A DNA stretch of 64,000 nucleotides from an uncultured Gemmatimonadales bacterium (GCA_963779755.1 CAVZZO010000003.1:1376001-1440000), one strand, 5' to 3'. Shown: positions 9,183 to 20,080, counted from the stretch's first letter. Translations and numbers: made by a program. The notes: generated by a model from the sequence alone, not told the origin.

Positions 9183-11015
9183 ATGCGCCTACGCCGTCTC
9201 CTGCCAGCCCTGTTCGCCGCACTCGCGTTGCCCGCGGCCCTGCCGGCCCAGGCCGTGGTCTATCACGTGCGCTTCCCCAACGCGGTACACCACGAAGCGG
9301 AGATCACCATGACGCTCACCGGCCTCCCGGCCGGCAGGCCGCTGGAGCTCCGCATGAGCCGCTCCTCGCCCGGGCGCTACGCGTTGCACGAGTTCGCCAA
9401 GAACGTCTACCGCGTGAGCGCCCGCGACGGGCAGGGGCGCGCGCTGATGCTCACGCGCCCGGACCCCTACGGCTGGACCGTCCCGCGGGCCGGAGGATCG
9501 GTGACGGTCTCGTACACGCTCTACGGCGACCGGGCCGACGGGACCTACGATGGAATCGATTCGACCCATGCCCACCTCAACATGCCCGCCACCTTCATGT
9601 GGGCCCGGGGGCTGGAGCAGCGGCCGATTCACGTCACCTTCGAGCCGCCGGCCGGGAGCGGGTGGAAACCGGCCACCCAGCTCCTGCCGACCGACCAGCC
9701 GCTCACCTTCCGGGCGCCCGACCTGCAGTATTTCATGGACAGCCCTACCGAGCTCAGCGACTACGCCCTGCGCACCTGGCCCGTCAGCTCCGGCGGGCAT
9801 GACTACCAGATCCGTCTCGCGGTACACAGCCAGGCCACGCCGGAGCAGCTGGATCAGTACGAGGCCATGGCGAAGAAGGTGGTAGCGGCCGAGGAGGCCA
9901 TCTTCGGCGAGTTCCCGCAGTACGAGCCCGGCACCTATACCTTCATCGCCGACTACCTGCCCTGGGTGTACGGCGACGGCATGGAACATCGGAACTCCAC
10001 CATTATTTCCAGCAGCCGGGCCACTCTGGGCGACAATCCGGTCGCGCTGCTGGGCACGCTGGCGCACGAGTACTTCCACTCCTGGAACATGGAGCGGATC
10101 CGGGCCCGGGAAATCGAGCCGTTCGACTTCGAGCGGGCCGACATGTCGCCCACCCTGTGGTTCGGCGAGGGATTCACCAACTACTACGGCAAGCTGGCGC
10201 TGCGCCGGGCCGGCGTGTGGAACGACTCCACCTATGCCCGCAGCGAAGGCCAGGCGCTGAACTACGTGATGATGGCTCCCGGGCGGCAATTCCACTCCCC
10301 CGTCGGCATGAGCCGGCTGGCGCCCTTCGTGGATGCCGCGACGTCCATCGACCCCGTCAATTTCCCCAACACGTACGTCAGCTACTATCCCTGGGGCGAG
10401 GTCATCGCGCTGGGGCTCGACCTCACGCTGCGGCAGCGCTTCGGCAAGCCGCTGGACGGATTCATGCGGCTCATATGGCAGCGCTTCGGCAAGCCGGGCG
10501 TGCCCTACCGACTGAACGACATCCAGCACGCCCTGGCCCGGTACACCGGCGACAGCGCCTTTGCCCGCCGGTTCTTCGACCACTATGTCCGCGGCAGCGA
10601 CATGCAGGACTACGCCGCCTTGCTGGCCCCCGCCGGCCTGCTCCTCCGCCCGCTGAACCCGGACGCGGCCTGGGCCGGCCCGGCGCAGGTGGAGTACGAC
10701 AGCAGTGGCGGGAGGCTCGCGGTGGGCACGATCATCGGATCGCCGCTCTATGACGCGGGGCTCGACCGCGACGACGTGATCCGTACCCTGGACGGACGGC
10801 CGCTCACCTCCGACAGCGTCTGGGACGCCGTCAAGGCGGCCCACCATCCCGGCGACCGGATCGCCGTGACCTACCGCTCCCGCGGCATGGACAAGGAAAC
10901 GACCATCACGCTGGCAGCCGATCCGCGGCTGGAACTGGTGACCTACGAGCAGGCAGGGCGGCCGGTCACCGACGCCATGCGCGCGCTGCGGCAGCAGTGG
11001 CTTGATGGAGAGTAG
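9183..11015 (+). CDS. M61 family glycyl aminopeptidase with C-terminal PDZ domain
   Basis: Signal peptide; GMEHRNST, HEYFHSWN zinc motif, LWFGEGFTNYY; PDZ-like GSPLYDAGL. Confidence 0.92.
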   Translation: MRLRRLLPALFAALALPAALPAQAVVYHVRFPNAVHHEAEITMTLTGLPAGRPLELRMSRSSPGRYALHEFAKNVYRVSARDGQGRALMLTRPDPYGWTVPRAGGSVTVSYTLYGDRADGTYDGIDSTHAHLNMPATFMWARGLEQRPIHVTFEPPAGSGWKPATQLLPTDQPLTFRAPDLQYFMDSPTELSDYALRTWPVSSGGHDYQIRLAVHSQATPEQLDQYEAMAKKVVAAEEAIFGEFPQYEPGTYTFIADYLPWVYGDGMEHRNSTIISSSRATLGDNPVALLGTLAHEYFHSWNMERIRAREIEPFDFERADMSPTLWFGEGFTNYYGKLALRRAGVWNDSTYARSEGQALNYVMMAPGRQFHSPVGMSRLAPFVDAATSIDPVNFPNTYVSYYPWGEVIALGLDLTLRQRFGKPLDGFMRLIWQRFGKPGVPYRLNDIQHALARYTGDSAFARRFFDHYVRGSDMQDYAALLAPAGLLLRPLNPDAAWAGPAQVEYDSSGGRLAVGTIIGSPLYDAGLDRDDVIRTLDGRPLTSDSVWDAVKAAHHPGDRIAVTYRSRGMDKETTITLAADPRLELVTYEQAGRPVTDAMRALRQQWLDGE

Positions 11016-11034
11016 AGAGCCCTCTGAACAATGG

Positions 11035-11300
11035 AACCGCGAAGACGCACGAAGGGTGCAAACGCCGGTTGGCTCAGGTCTCGTAACTGCAACATGGAGA
11101 CACGGAGCTTCGAAGGGCTACGGAGCAACTGCTGGGTTGAATCTCCGGTTCTCCGTGCCTCCGTGTTGCAGTTTCTGTGGATCAACACTTCGGATCTGGC
11201 TACGGAAGACCGACGGCTCGGTTGTGGGACTCTCCCGGCGCTCTGATACTGCGGAAGCGCCAAAGAAGAGGACCTTCGCGCTCTTCGCGGTTTCGCGGTT
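11035..11300. repeat. Nested inverted repeats with ~9-nt periodic arms
   Basis: Outer AACCGCGAAG / CTTCGCGGTT; inner AACTGCAACATGGAGACACGGAG (11085-11107) / CTCCGTGCCTCCGTGTTGCAGTT (11151-11173). Confidence 0.8.
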
Positions 11301-11326
11301 TGAACCTGAGACTTCAGGAGGACTCG

Positions 11327-12850
11327 ATGCGATTGTCACCCGTTCTGCTCGCCATCACCATTCTCGCTCCGCCGGCCGCGGCGCAGCGCCCCGCTCCGCA
11401 GAGCGACAGCGCCGGAGGGAAGGAAGCGCCCCTGCCGGTGCCGAAGGAAGACTCCTCCGTCACCGAGCACACGATAAAGATCGGCGGCGCGGCGATTCCC
11501 TACCGGGCCCGGGCCAGCACCATGCTGCTCAAGAACGACAAGGGCGAGCCGGTCGGCAGCCTCTACTACACCGCCTACACCCGGACCGACGTAAAGGATG
11601 CGGCGGACCGTCCCATCACCTTCGCCTACAACGGCGGCCCCGGGTCTTCCTCGGCCTGGCTGCACATGGGCGCGTTCGGGCCGCGGCGGATCGTGCTGAA
11701 CGACACCAGCGCCACTCCCCCGCCTTATCGGCTGGCGGACAATCCCAATTCGCTGATTGACGTCACCGACCTGGTCTTCATTGACCCGATCGGAACGGGC
11801 TTCAGCAAGCCGGTGGGGAAGGGGAAGGGGAAGGACTTCTGGGGCGTGGATGAAGACGCCCGATCGCTGGCGCAATTCATCCTGAATTACGTGAGCCGGA
11901 ATCACCGCTGGCTGTCCCCCAAGTACCTGCTGGGCGAAAGCTACGGCACCACCCGCTCCGCCGTGCTGGTGAACCGGATGCAGGACCAGGAACACATGGA
12001 CTTCAACGGCGTGGTACTGATCTCGTCGGTGCTGGATTTCGAAACCCTGCGCTTCGCGCAGGGGCATGACATCTCGTACGCCCTCTACCTGCCGAGCTAC
12101 GCGGCGACGGCCGTCTATCACCACCGCATCAGCCAACCCGCCGACCTCGATGCCTTCCTCCGGCAGGTGCGCACCTTCGCCCTGGGCCCCTATCTGACCG
12201 CGCTCACCCGCGCCGCCCCGCTGCCGCCCGACAGCCTGAGCGCGGTGGTGAAACAGCTTGCCGCCTACACCGGCCTGCCGGAGGATTACCTCAGGAAAGC
12301 CAACCTGCGGGTGTCCCTCGGCATGTTCATGCAGGAGCTGACCCGGGGGGACAGCGTCGTTACCGGACGCTACGACTCACGTTATACCGGACCGACCACC
12401 GATCTCCTGGCGGAACGCTCCAGTTATGATCCCAACTACACCGCAGTCGCTGGCCCGTTTACCGCGGCGGTGAACAGTTACCTCCGGGATGAGCTCCAGT
12501 ACCGCACCGACGATCGGTATAACATCCTGGGCGGGGTAGACTGGAACTGGAACCGGGGAGGCCGGGGCGGCTGGAACGGCGCCACCTACGTCGGCTCCGA
12601 CCTGGTAAACGCGATGGTCTCCAATCCTAATCTCCAGGTGGAGATCGAGAACGGGTACTACGACATGGCCACGCCCTTCCTGGCCACCGAGTACACAGTG
12701 GACCATCTGGATCTCCCGGCCCGTCTGCGGAAGAACATCGGCCTCAAGTACTACCCGGCCGGCCACATGATGTACCTGCTGGAGCCCGCGCTGGCGAAGC
12801 TCAAGGCCAACGTGGCGGCGTTTATCCAGAAGACGGACAATGTGAAATGA
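11327..12850 (+). CDS. S10 family serine carboxypeptidase
   Basis: RBS AGGAGG; signal peptide; NGGPGSSS, FIDPIGTGFS, GESYG nucleophile, GYYDMATP, AGHMMY. Confidence 0.93.
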   Translation: MRLSPVLLAITILAPPAAAQRPAPQSDSAGGKEAPLPVPKEDSSVTEHTIKIGGAAIPYRARASTMLLKNDKGEPVGSLYYTAYTRTDVKDAADRPITFAYNGGPGSSSAWLHMGAFGPRRIVLNDTSATPPPYRLADNPNSLIDVTDLVFIDPIGTGFSKPVGKGKGKDFWGVDEDARSLAQFILNYVSRNHRWLSPKYLLGESYGTTRSAVLVNRMQDQEHMDFNGVVLISSVLDFETLRFAQGHDISYALYLPSYAATAVYHHRISQPADLDAFLRQVRTFALGPYLTALTRAAPLPPDSLSAVVKQLAAYTGLPEDYLRKANLRVSLGMFMQELTRGDSVVTGRYDSRYTGPTTDLLAERSSYDPNYTAVAGPFTAAVNSYLRDELQYRTDDRYNILGGVDWNWNRGGRGGWNGATYVGSDLVNAMVSNPNLQVEIENGYYDMATPFLATEYTVDHLDLPARLRKNIGLKYYPAGHMMYLLEPALAKLKANVAAFIQKTDNVK

Positions 12851-12855
12851 CCGGC

Positions 12856-12920
12856 GGGGCGCAGGGGCGAGGCGCAGGGGCGAGGCATGCCTCGCCCCTG
12901 CGCCCCGCCCCTGCGCCCCT
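12856..12920. repeat. REP-like palindrome GCAGGGGCGAGGCATGCCTCGCCCCTGC
   Basis: Perfect palindrome with partly duplicated arms; related copy at 14752-14780. Confidence 0.8.
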
Positions 12921-13012
12921 GTCTTCAACTTTTCCTGCCTCCCACACGTAGTACCACTATCCCCCGCCGGCCCCGGGCCGGCTATCTGCTTGTCCCTTCA
13001 GCACATGGTCCC

Positions 13013-14740
13013 ATGAAAGCATTTGCCCTGTGTGCGGCCGCGGCGCTCCTGCCCGGCCTCCTCGCGGCCCAGTCCATGGCCCCCGCCGATTCGACGCCCA
13101 TGCGGGCTCCCGCGCCCGACCCCACCCTGCCTCTCAAGCACGCGCCCCAGCCCACCGGGGCGGATATCACGGCCGCCGATCTCATGACGCGGCTCTACAT
13201 CTATGCCGACGATTCGCTCCAGGGCCGCGAGGCGGGCACGGTCGGAAACACCAAGGCCACCGATTACATCGCCGCCCAGGTGAAGAAGATCGGCCTCCAG
13301 CCCGCGGGCGAGAACGGCACCTATTTCCAGACGCTGCCCTTCAAGACCCGGACGATCGACTCCGCCTCCAGCCTGACCGCCGGGGGCACGGCGCTGGAGC
13401 TGGGGCGGGAGTGGGCGGCCACCGGAACCGCCTCCGGGGCGGGACAGGACATGCGGGTCATCTACGCCGGCGAGCTGGGCGACAGCAGCTTTCAGCTCGG
13501 CAGCGATCAGGTCCGGAATCACCTGGTGATCTTCGCGCTGCCCCGGAGCGGCCGCGGCAGCCTGCGCCGTCTGGGCGATCTGGCCGACAGCGCCGGCGCG
13601 ATCGCGGTCGTGGTGCCCGACCGCTACATGGCCTTCTTCAGCCGGCCGGGAACCTTCGTGGACGATCCGGATCGTCAGTCCACGGGCCCCTCCGCCATCG
13701 TGATGCTCACCGCCGACGGCGCCGCCCGGCTCCTGGGCCGGCCCATGGACCAGGTGGCGCCCGGCGACAGCGGCGTAACCGCCTCGCTCGACCTGCGGTT
13801 GAACATCCAGCCGGTGGAGTACCCGGCCCGCAATGTGGTGGCCATCCTCCCGGGCAACGATCCGGCGCTCAGGAACCAGTACGTGGCGATCGGCGCCCAT
13901 AACGACCACATCGGCGTCAACGACCAGCCGGTGGACCACGACTCGCTGCGCCTCTACAACCACCTGGTGCGGCCGGGCGGGGCGGAAGACCGGGGGGCCC
14001 GTGCCACCCCCGCGCAGCAGGCCGAGGTGAACCGCGAGCTCGCCGCCTGGCGGGCGAAGCACCCGGCCATGCGCCCCGATTCCATCGACAACGGCGCCGA
14101 CGACGACGGCTCCGGCACGGTCACCGTGCTCGAGATCGCCCAGAAGATGGCGTCGCTCACGGGGAAGAACGCGCCCCGGCGCTCGATCCTCTTCGTCTGG
14201 CATGTGGGCGAGGAGAAGGGCCTGCTCGGCTCGGCCTGGTTCACCGACCACCCGACCGTGCCGCGCGATTCCATCGTGGCGCAGCTCAACATGGACATGG
14301 TCGGCCGGGGCGATACCTGGGACGAAACCGGCAAGACCAAGGACGGCCAGCCGCTCGCCGGCGCCGCCAACTACCTGCAGATCGTCGGCTCGCGCCGGCT
14401 CTCCACCGAGCTGGGCGACCTGATCGAGCGGGTGAACACCGAGGACAAGCACGGCCTGGTGTTCGACTATGCCATGGACGCCAACGGCCATCCCATGAAC
14501 ATCTACTGCCGCAGCGACCACTATGAGTACGCCCGCTACGGCATTCCCATCGCGTTCTTCACTACCGGCGGCCACTCCGACTACCATCAGGTTACCGACG
14601 AGCCCCAGTACATCGACTATCCGCACATGGCGCGGATCGGCAACCTGGTGGAAGACGTCGCCCTGCACATCGCCAACCTGGATCACCGGCTGGTGGTGGA
14701 CCAGCCCAAGCCGGATCCGAATGGAGGGTGCCGGCAGTAG
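13013..14740 (+). CDS. M28 family peptidase
   Basis: Signal peptide; DDSLQGR, IGAHNDH, NGADDDGSG, GEEKGLLGS, LNMDMVGR, RSDHY, DYHQVTD. Confidence 0.92.
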   Translation: MKAFALCAAAALLPGLLAAQSMAPADSTPMRAPAPDPTLPLKHAPQPTGADITAADLMTRLYIYADDSLQGREAGTVGNTKATDYIAAQVKKIGLQPAGENGTYFQTLPFKTRTIDSASSLTAGGTALELGREWAATGTASGAGQDMRVIYAGELGDSSFQLGSDQVRNHLVIFALPRSGRGSLRRLGDLADSAGAIAVVVPDRYMAFFSRPGTFVDDPDRQSTGPSAIVMLTADGAARLLGRPMDQVAPGDSGVTASLDLRLNIQPVEYPARNVVAILPGNDPALRNQYVAIGAHNDHIGVNDQPVDHDSLRLYNHLVRPGGAEDRGARATPAQQAEVNRELAAWRAKHPAMRPDSIDNGADDDGSGTVTVLEIAQKMASLTGKNAPRRSILFVWHVGEEKGLLGSAWFTDHPTVPRDSIVAQLNMDMVGRGDTWDETGKTKDGQPLAGAANYLQIVGSRRLSTELGDLIERVNTEDKHGLVFDYAMDANGHPMNIYCRSDHYEYARYGIPIAFFTTGGHSDYHQVTDEPQYIDYPHMARIGNLVEDVALHIANLDHRLVVDQPKPDPNGGCRQ

Positions 14741-14751
14741 GACGGCAGGGC

Positions 14752-14862
14752 GCAGGGGCGACGCATCTGTCGCCCCTGCGCCCTGCTTCCGTCTTTCTTC
14801 CGTCCTTCTCCCGTCTTTCTTCCGTCCTTCTCCCGTCTTCTTCCCGTCCTACTTCCGTCCTC
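14752..14862. repeat. REP-like palindrome followed by an ~11-mer pyrimidine tandem (CTTCCGTCYTT)n
   Basis: GCAGGGGCGACGCATCTGTCGCCCCTGC, then about 7 degenerate 11-mers overlapping the ROK gene stop. Confidence 0.8.
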
Positions 14863-15526
14863 CCATCACCCCCCGTCGCTCATCCCATAACCGTCCGCCC
14901 CCCACCAGGGCGTTGACGTTACTGCCGGTCCGTACGTCCTCGGGGATCTTCGTCAGCTTGTCGGTGTTCCCGCCGCCCAGGACGACGTACTCCGCCTGCA
15001 GGCCCTGCCGCAGCAGACCGACGATACGGTGAACATGCTTGGTCCACTTCTTCGCTCCCAGGCGGTGGTACCCGGCCACCCCGGCATAGTCTTCGTAGGT
15101 CCGCCGCTTGCGATAGGGCAGGTGCGCCAGTTCCAGCGGCTGGAGGGTTCCTTCGATCACCAGGGCCGATCCCAGCCCCGTCCCCAGGCCCAGAAAGAGC
15201 ATGCGGCCGCCTTCGTAGCTCCCCAGCGCCTGCATGGCGGCGTCGTTCACCATGCGTATCGGCTTGCCGAAGGCGGCCGCAAAGTCGAACCCCACCCAGC
15301 CCGGCCCCAGGTTGTAGGGGTCCTGGACCGGGCGATTGTCCCTGACCGGGGCGGGATAGCCCATGGCGATCACGTCGTACTCCCAGTCGGCCGCGTGCAG
15401 CACGGCCTCCACCATCCGGTCCGGCGTCATGGCCGGTCCGGAAGGGATCTTGCGCGGGACGCTATCGTCGGGCCGGCCGATCTTCACGTTGTGACCGCCG
15501 ACGTCGATGACGAGGACCTGGTGCAT
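14849..15526 (-). CDS. ROK family sugar kinase (polyphosphate glucokinase-like)
   Basis: VLVIDVGG, NDAAMQALG, FLGLGTGLGSA, ELAHL, VVLGGGN; downstream of zwf. Confidence 0.82.
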   Translation of the reverse strand: MHQVLVIDVGGHNVKIGRPDDSVPRKIPSGPAMTPDRMVEAVLHAADWEYDVIAMGYPAPVRDNRPVQDPYNLGPGWVGFDFAAAFGKPIRMVNDAAMQALGSYEGGRMLFLGLGTGLGSALVIEGTLQPLELAHLPYRKRRTYEDYAGVAGYHRLGAKKWTKHVHRIVGLLRQGLQAEYVVLGGGNTDKLTKIPEDVRTGSNVNALVGGGRLWDERRGVMGGRK

Positions 15527-15690
15527 GGTCTGCTCGATTCGGATCTGAATTGGGAGTACCCGCCAAGACGCAAGGCAACAAAATATGCGCGATGGGGATT
15601 GATCACATCAACATACCATCCGTGATGTAGACAGCGATTGCCTTTGCGGTCCTTCGCTGCCTTTGCGTCTTCGCGGTTGTTCCGACGGCC

Positions 15691-17088
15691 TCAAGGCAAG
15701 CGATTCCAGCCCCCCACCCCGGCCGGCAGCCGGTCGGCCTGCGGCGGCCCCCAGCTCCCCGGCTCATACTCGTAGGGCGCGCCGTCCTTCCCCAGTGCCG
15801 GGTCCACGATGGCCCAGGCAGCCTCGACCACGTCCTGCCGGGCAAAGAGCGTGGCATCACCGGCCATGGCGTCGCCCAGGAGCCGCTCGTAGGCGGTCAT
15901 CCTTCCCTGCTCTCCCTGCGCCGGCTGCTCCACCACCGACAACTGCACCGGCAGCCCGGCCATCGCTTCGCCGGGACGCTTCGCGCGGGCGCCGATGGCG
16001 ATCGCCACCTGGGGGTTGAGCCGGAAGCGGACCGTATTCCCCATCGAGGGCACCGCTTCGTGGAACACTACCTGCGGCGGGTTCTTGAGCTCGACCATCA
16101 CCTCGGTCACCGTCCGGGCCATCGCCTTCCCGGCCCGCACGAAAAACGGCACCCCGTCCCAGCGCCAGGAATCCACGTGCAGGCAGAGCGCCGCGTAGGT
16201 CGGCACGGTGGACTCCCGGTTGACCCCGGGCTCGTCGCGATACCCGCGGAACTGCCCCAGCACCAGATCAACCGGGTCGAGCGGACGCACGGTGCGCAGG
16301 ACCTTGGCCTGCTCGTCCCGGATGGCCTCGGGATAGAGGCTGGACGGCGCTTCCATGGCCAGATAGCTCACCACCTGCAGCAGGTGGTTCTGGATCACGT
16401 CGCGGATGACGCCGGCCTCCTCGTAGAACCGGCCCCGTCCCTTGACGCCGAAGTCCTCCGCCATGGTAATCTGCACGTTCTCGACGTAATGCCGGTTCCA
16501 GATCGGATCCAGGAACGCGTTCGCGAAGCGGAAATACAGGATGTTCTGCACCGCTTCCTTGCCCAGGAAATGATCGATCCGGAAGATGCTGCGCTCGGGA
16601 AACGCCTGGTGCAAAATGTCGTTCAGCTGCTTCGCCGAGGCCAGATCGCGCCCGAAGGGCTTCTCCACGATGACCCGGGCGTCCTTCGCACACCCGGCCC
16701 GCGACAGCTGTTCCACCACCGTGGCAAACATCGAGGGCGGAATGGCGAGATAGTGCAGCGGCCGGGCCGCCCCCGACTCCTTCAGGATGCCCGCCAGTTG
16801 GGCGAAGGTCCGGGGATCGTTGTAGTCGCCGTCCACGTAGCGCAGGCGCTTCGACAACTCTTCCCAGGCGGCCGGGTCGATCCCGCCGCCGTACTCGGTG
16901 ATGCTCGACTTGGCCCGCTCCTTGAGCTGCTCGAGCGTCCAGCCCGACTTGGCGACCCCGATCACCGGGATATCGAGCCGCCCCCGCCTGGCCAGGGCAT
17001 GCAGCGCGGGGAAAATCTTCTTGTACGCCAGGTCGCCGGTGGCCCCGAAGAACACCAGGGCGTCGGAGCGGGGGTGGTCGCCGGTCAC
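15691..17088 (-). CDS. zwf: Glucose-6-phosphate 1-dehydrogenase
   Basis: [43 protein letters not shown]. Confidence 0.97.
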   Translation of the reverse strand: MTGDHPRSDALVFFGATGDLAYKKIFPALHALARRGRLDIPVIGVAKSGWTLEQLKERAKSSITEYGGGIDPAAWEELSKRLRYVDGDYNDPRTFAQLAGILKESGAARPLHYLAIPPSMFATVVEQLSRAGCAKDARVIVEKPFGRDLASAKQLNDILHQAFPERSIFRIDHFLGKEAVQNILYFRFANAFLDPIWNRHYVENVQITMAEDFGVKGRGRFYEEAGVIRDVIQNHLLQVVSYLAMEAPSSLYPEAIRDEQAKVLRTVRPLDPVDLVLGQFRGYRDEPGVNRESTVPTYAALCLHVDSWRWDGVPFFVRAGKAMARTVTEVMVELKNPPQVVFHEAVPSMGNTVRFRLNPQVAIAIGARAKRPGEAMAGLPVQLSVVEQPAQGEQGRMTAYERLLGDAMAGDATLFARQDVVEAAWAIVDPALGKDGAPYEYEPGSWGPPQADRLPAGVGGWNRLP

Positions 17089-18104
17089 GGCTTCTCCCGA
17101 TGGCCGCCGAACTCGTAGCGCATGGCGGAGAGCACCTTGTTCTGGAAGAGGTCGAGATCGCGCGAGGCGAACCGCTCGAACAGGGCGGAGGCCAGCACGT
17201 GAGCCGGGACTCCGATATCGTTCGCCGCCTGCAGAGTCCAGCGGCCCTCGCCGGAGTCCGAAACACGCCCGCCGAACTGCTCCAGGCCGGGATCGGCGGC
17301 CAGGGCGGCGGCGGTGAGGTCGAGCAGCCAGGAGGCGATGACGCTGCCGCGCCGCCAGACCTCGGCGACATCCCGGAGGTTGAGGTCGAACTGGTAGTAC
17401 TCCGGCGTGCGCAGTGGTGCCGTCTCGGCATCCTCGGCATGCTCGGCATGCTCGGCCAGGCCCGCGCCGGCGTTCTTCAGAATGTTGAATCCTTCGGCGT
17501 AGGCCGCCATGACCCCGTACTCGATCCCGTTGTGCACCATCTTGACGAAGTGGCCGGCGCCGTTAGGCCCGCAGTGGAGATAGCCCTGCTCGGCGGTTCC
17601 GGCGATCTTCTCGCGGCCGGGCGTGCGCGGGATATCCCCCCGTCCCGGCGCCAGGGCGGCGAAGATCGGATCCAGCCGCCGTACCACTTCGGTCTCCCCC
17701 CCGATCATGAGGCAGTACCCCCGATCCAGGCCCCAGACCCCGCCGCTGGTCCCCATGTCCACACAGTGGATCCCGCCGGGCTTCAGCCGTTTTGCCCGCT
17801 CGATGTCGTCGTGGTAATGAGAATTGCCGCCGTCGATGATGGTATCGCCATCTTCCAGATGGGGAATCAGCTCGTCGATGGCGGCATCCACCACCGCGGC
17901 GGGGACCATGAGACAGATGGCGCGGGGGGCCTGCAGCTGGCGCGCGAGTTCCGCCGCCGATGCGGCGCCGGTAGCCCCCTCGGCCACCAGCGCCTCCACC
18001 GCGTCGCGGGAGCGGTCGTACACCACGCAGGTATGTCCACCACGCATAAGGCGCCGCACCATATTGGCGCCCATGCGGCCAAGTCCGATCATGCCGAGTT
18101 GCAT
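17085..18104 (-). CDS. gnd: 6-phosphogluconate dehydrogenase, decarboxylating (short form)
   Basis: [51 protein letters not shown]. Confidence 0.97.
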   Translation of the reverse strand: MQLGMIGLGRMGANMVRRLMRGGHTCVVYDRSRDAVEALVAEGATGAASAAELARQLQAPRAICLMVPAAVVDAAIDELIPHLEDGDTIIDGGNSHYHDDIERAKRLKPGGIHCVDMGTSGGVWGLDRGYCLMIGGETEVVRRLDPIFAALAPGRGDIPRTPGREKIAGTAEQGYLHCGPNGAGHFVKMVHNGIEYGVMAAYAEGFNILKNAGAGLAEHAEHAEDAETAPLRTPEYYQFDLNLRDVAEVWRRGSVIASWLLDLTAAALAADPGLEQFGGRVSDSGEGRWTLQAANDIGVPAHVLASALFERFASRDLDLFQNKVLSAMRYEFGGHREKP

Positions 18105-18301
18105 CGAAGAATGCCTTTGATTCGGGAGTCGTTAGTCGTTGGTCGTCAGTCGTTAGTCGCTGGTCTCCTGCCCTCCTGCGACCGAGCGGCCCCCAATAGA
18201 GAGCCGCGAGGAAGTCCTTTAGGGCCGTCCTGCCGTCCTGGTAATACTAGCCCCATTCACCCCTCTGTCTCTATACTGAGTCAGACCCGCTCGGGGAGAC
18301 T

Positions 18302-20080
18302 ATGACCCGCCGCTCCCGTTTCGCGCTCATCCTCGTGCTGCCGCTGCTCCCGGCGCTCCTGCCGGAGGCGGTGCCAGCCCAGACCCCCGGCCAATGGCCC
18401 CTCCCGGCGCACGACTACACCGCCACCCGCTACAGCACTCTGTCGCAGATCAGCACCGCCAACGCCTCGCGGCTCCAACCGGTATGGAATTTTTCCACCG
18501 GCGTGCTGGGCGGCCACGAGGGTTCGCCGCTGGTGGTGAACAACACCATGTATGTGGTGACTCCCTGGCCCGACGTCCTCTATGCGTTCGACCTCACCAA
18601 GGAAGACTATCCGCTCAAGTGGAAGTACCGGCCCGATGTGAACCCCGCCGCACTGGGGGTCGCCTGCTGTGACGCGATCAACCGCGGAGCGGCGTACGCC
18701 GACGGGCGCATCGTATTCAACCTGCTGGACGGTCACACCGTGGCGGTGGACGCGGAGACGGGCCGCGAGCTGTGGAAAACGAAAGTCGCCGAGATCGGCC
18801 AGGGCGAAACGCTGACCATGGCGCCCCTGGTGGTGAAGAACCGGGTCATCGTGGGGCCGTCCGGCGGAGAACTGGGCATCCGGGGCTGGGTGAAAGGCCT
18901 CGACCTGACCAGCGGGAAGGTGGTCTGGACCGCCTACAACGCCGGCCCCGACAGCGAGGTGCTGGCGAAACCCGGCGTGTTCAAGCCCTTCTACCAGCCG
19001 GGAGCGGATCTGGCCCTGAAGAGCTGGACCGATGCCGACTATCGGCACGGCGGTGTGCCGGTCTGGGGCTGGCTCTCCTACGATCCCGAGCTCGACCTGG
19101 TCTATTTCGGCACCGGCAACCCGGGCCCCTACAACCCGGAACAGCGGCCGGGCGACAACAAGTGGTCGGCATCGGTGCTGGCCCGCCGGCCGGAAGACGG
19201 CTCGCTGGTCTGGGCCTACCAGTTCACCCCGCACGACAACTGGGATTATGACGCCAACGCCGAGATGATCCTGGCCGATCTTACCATCGCGGGACGGCAG
19301 CGCAAGACGCTGGTGCACTTCGACAAGAACGGCTTCGCCTACGTGCTGGACCGCGCCACCGGGGAAGTGCTCCAGGCGAAGCCGTACGTGGACGTGACCT
19401 GGGCCAGCGGAGTCGATCTCAAGACCGGCCGGCCGCTGGTGGATTCGGCCAAACTGACCGGCGCTTCCCGGGGCGAAGTGCAGCACATCTGTCCCAGTCT
19501 GGAGGGCGGCACCAGCCCCGCCTCGCCCGCCTCCTACTCCCCCGCCACCGGGCTGTTCTACGTCTCTACGGTGAACCTCTGCATGAGCTGGACGGCCACC
19601 AAGACGGGCTATATCGAGGGGACGCCGTATATCGGAGCCAGCACGCCCTATACCGTGGGTGCCGGGGGCAATATGGGCGCCTTCATCGCCTTCGATGCCG
19701 CGGCGGGCAAGCGGGTCTGGCAGATCAGGGAGAAGTTCCCCGTCTGGAGCGGCAGCGTGGTCACCGCCGGCAACGTGGTCTTCTATGGCACGCTCGATGG
19801 ATGGTTCAAGGCGGCCGACGCGAAGACCGGCAAACTGCTCTGGAAGTTCAAGGTCGGCTCCGGCGTGGTGGGGGCGCCCATCACCTACACCGGCGCCGAC
19901 GGCCGGCAGTATGTGGCGGTCTATGCCGGTATCGGAGGCGACTGGTTCCTGCTGTCCGGTGATATGCGTTCCGACGACCCGGCCGACGTCCGGCCACGGT
20001 CGGACTTCGCCCCCGATCTGGCCCGATACACCAGCCAGGGAGGTATGGTGTGGGTGTTTGGGCTGAGGACTGAGGACTGA
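18302..20080 (+). CDS. PQQ-dependent methanol/ethanol family dehydrogenase, XoxF-like
   Basis: Signal peptide; GHEGSPLVV, ACCD vicinal cysteines, SGGELGIRG, GTGNPGP..RPGDNKW, TPHDNWDYD. Confidence 0.93.
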   Translation: MTRRSRFALILVLPLLPALLPEAVPAQTPGQWPLPAHDYTATRYSTLSQISTANASRLQPVWNFSTGVLGGHEGSPLVVNNTMYVVTPWPDVLYAFDLTKEDYPLKWKYRPDVNPAALGVACCDAINRGAAYADGRIVFNLLDGHTVAVDAETGRELWKTKVAEIGQGETLTMAPLVVKNRVIVGPSGGELGIRGWVKGLDLTSGKVVWTAYNAGPDSEVLAKPGVFKPFYQPGADLALKSWTDADYRHGGVPVWGWLSYDPELDLVYFGTGNPGPYNPEQRPGDNKWSASVLARRPEDGSLVWAYQFTPHDNWDYDANAEMILADLTIAGRQRKTLVHFDKNGFAYVLDRATGEVLQAKPYVDVTWASGVDLKTGRPLVDSAKLTGASRGEVQHICPSLEGGTSPASPASYSPATGLFYVSTVNLCMSWTATKTGYIEGTPYIGASTPYTVGAGGNMGAFIAFDAAAGKRVWQIREKFPVWSGSVVTAGNVVFYGTLDGWFKAADAKTGKLLWKFKVGSGVVGAPITYTGADGRQYVAVYAGIGGDWFLLSGDMRSDDPADVRPRSDFAPDLARYTSQGGMVWVFGLRTED

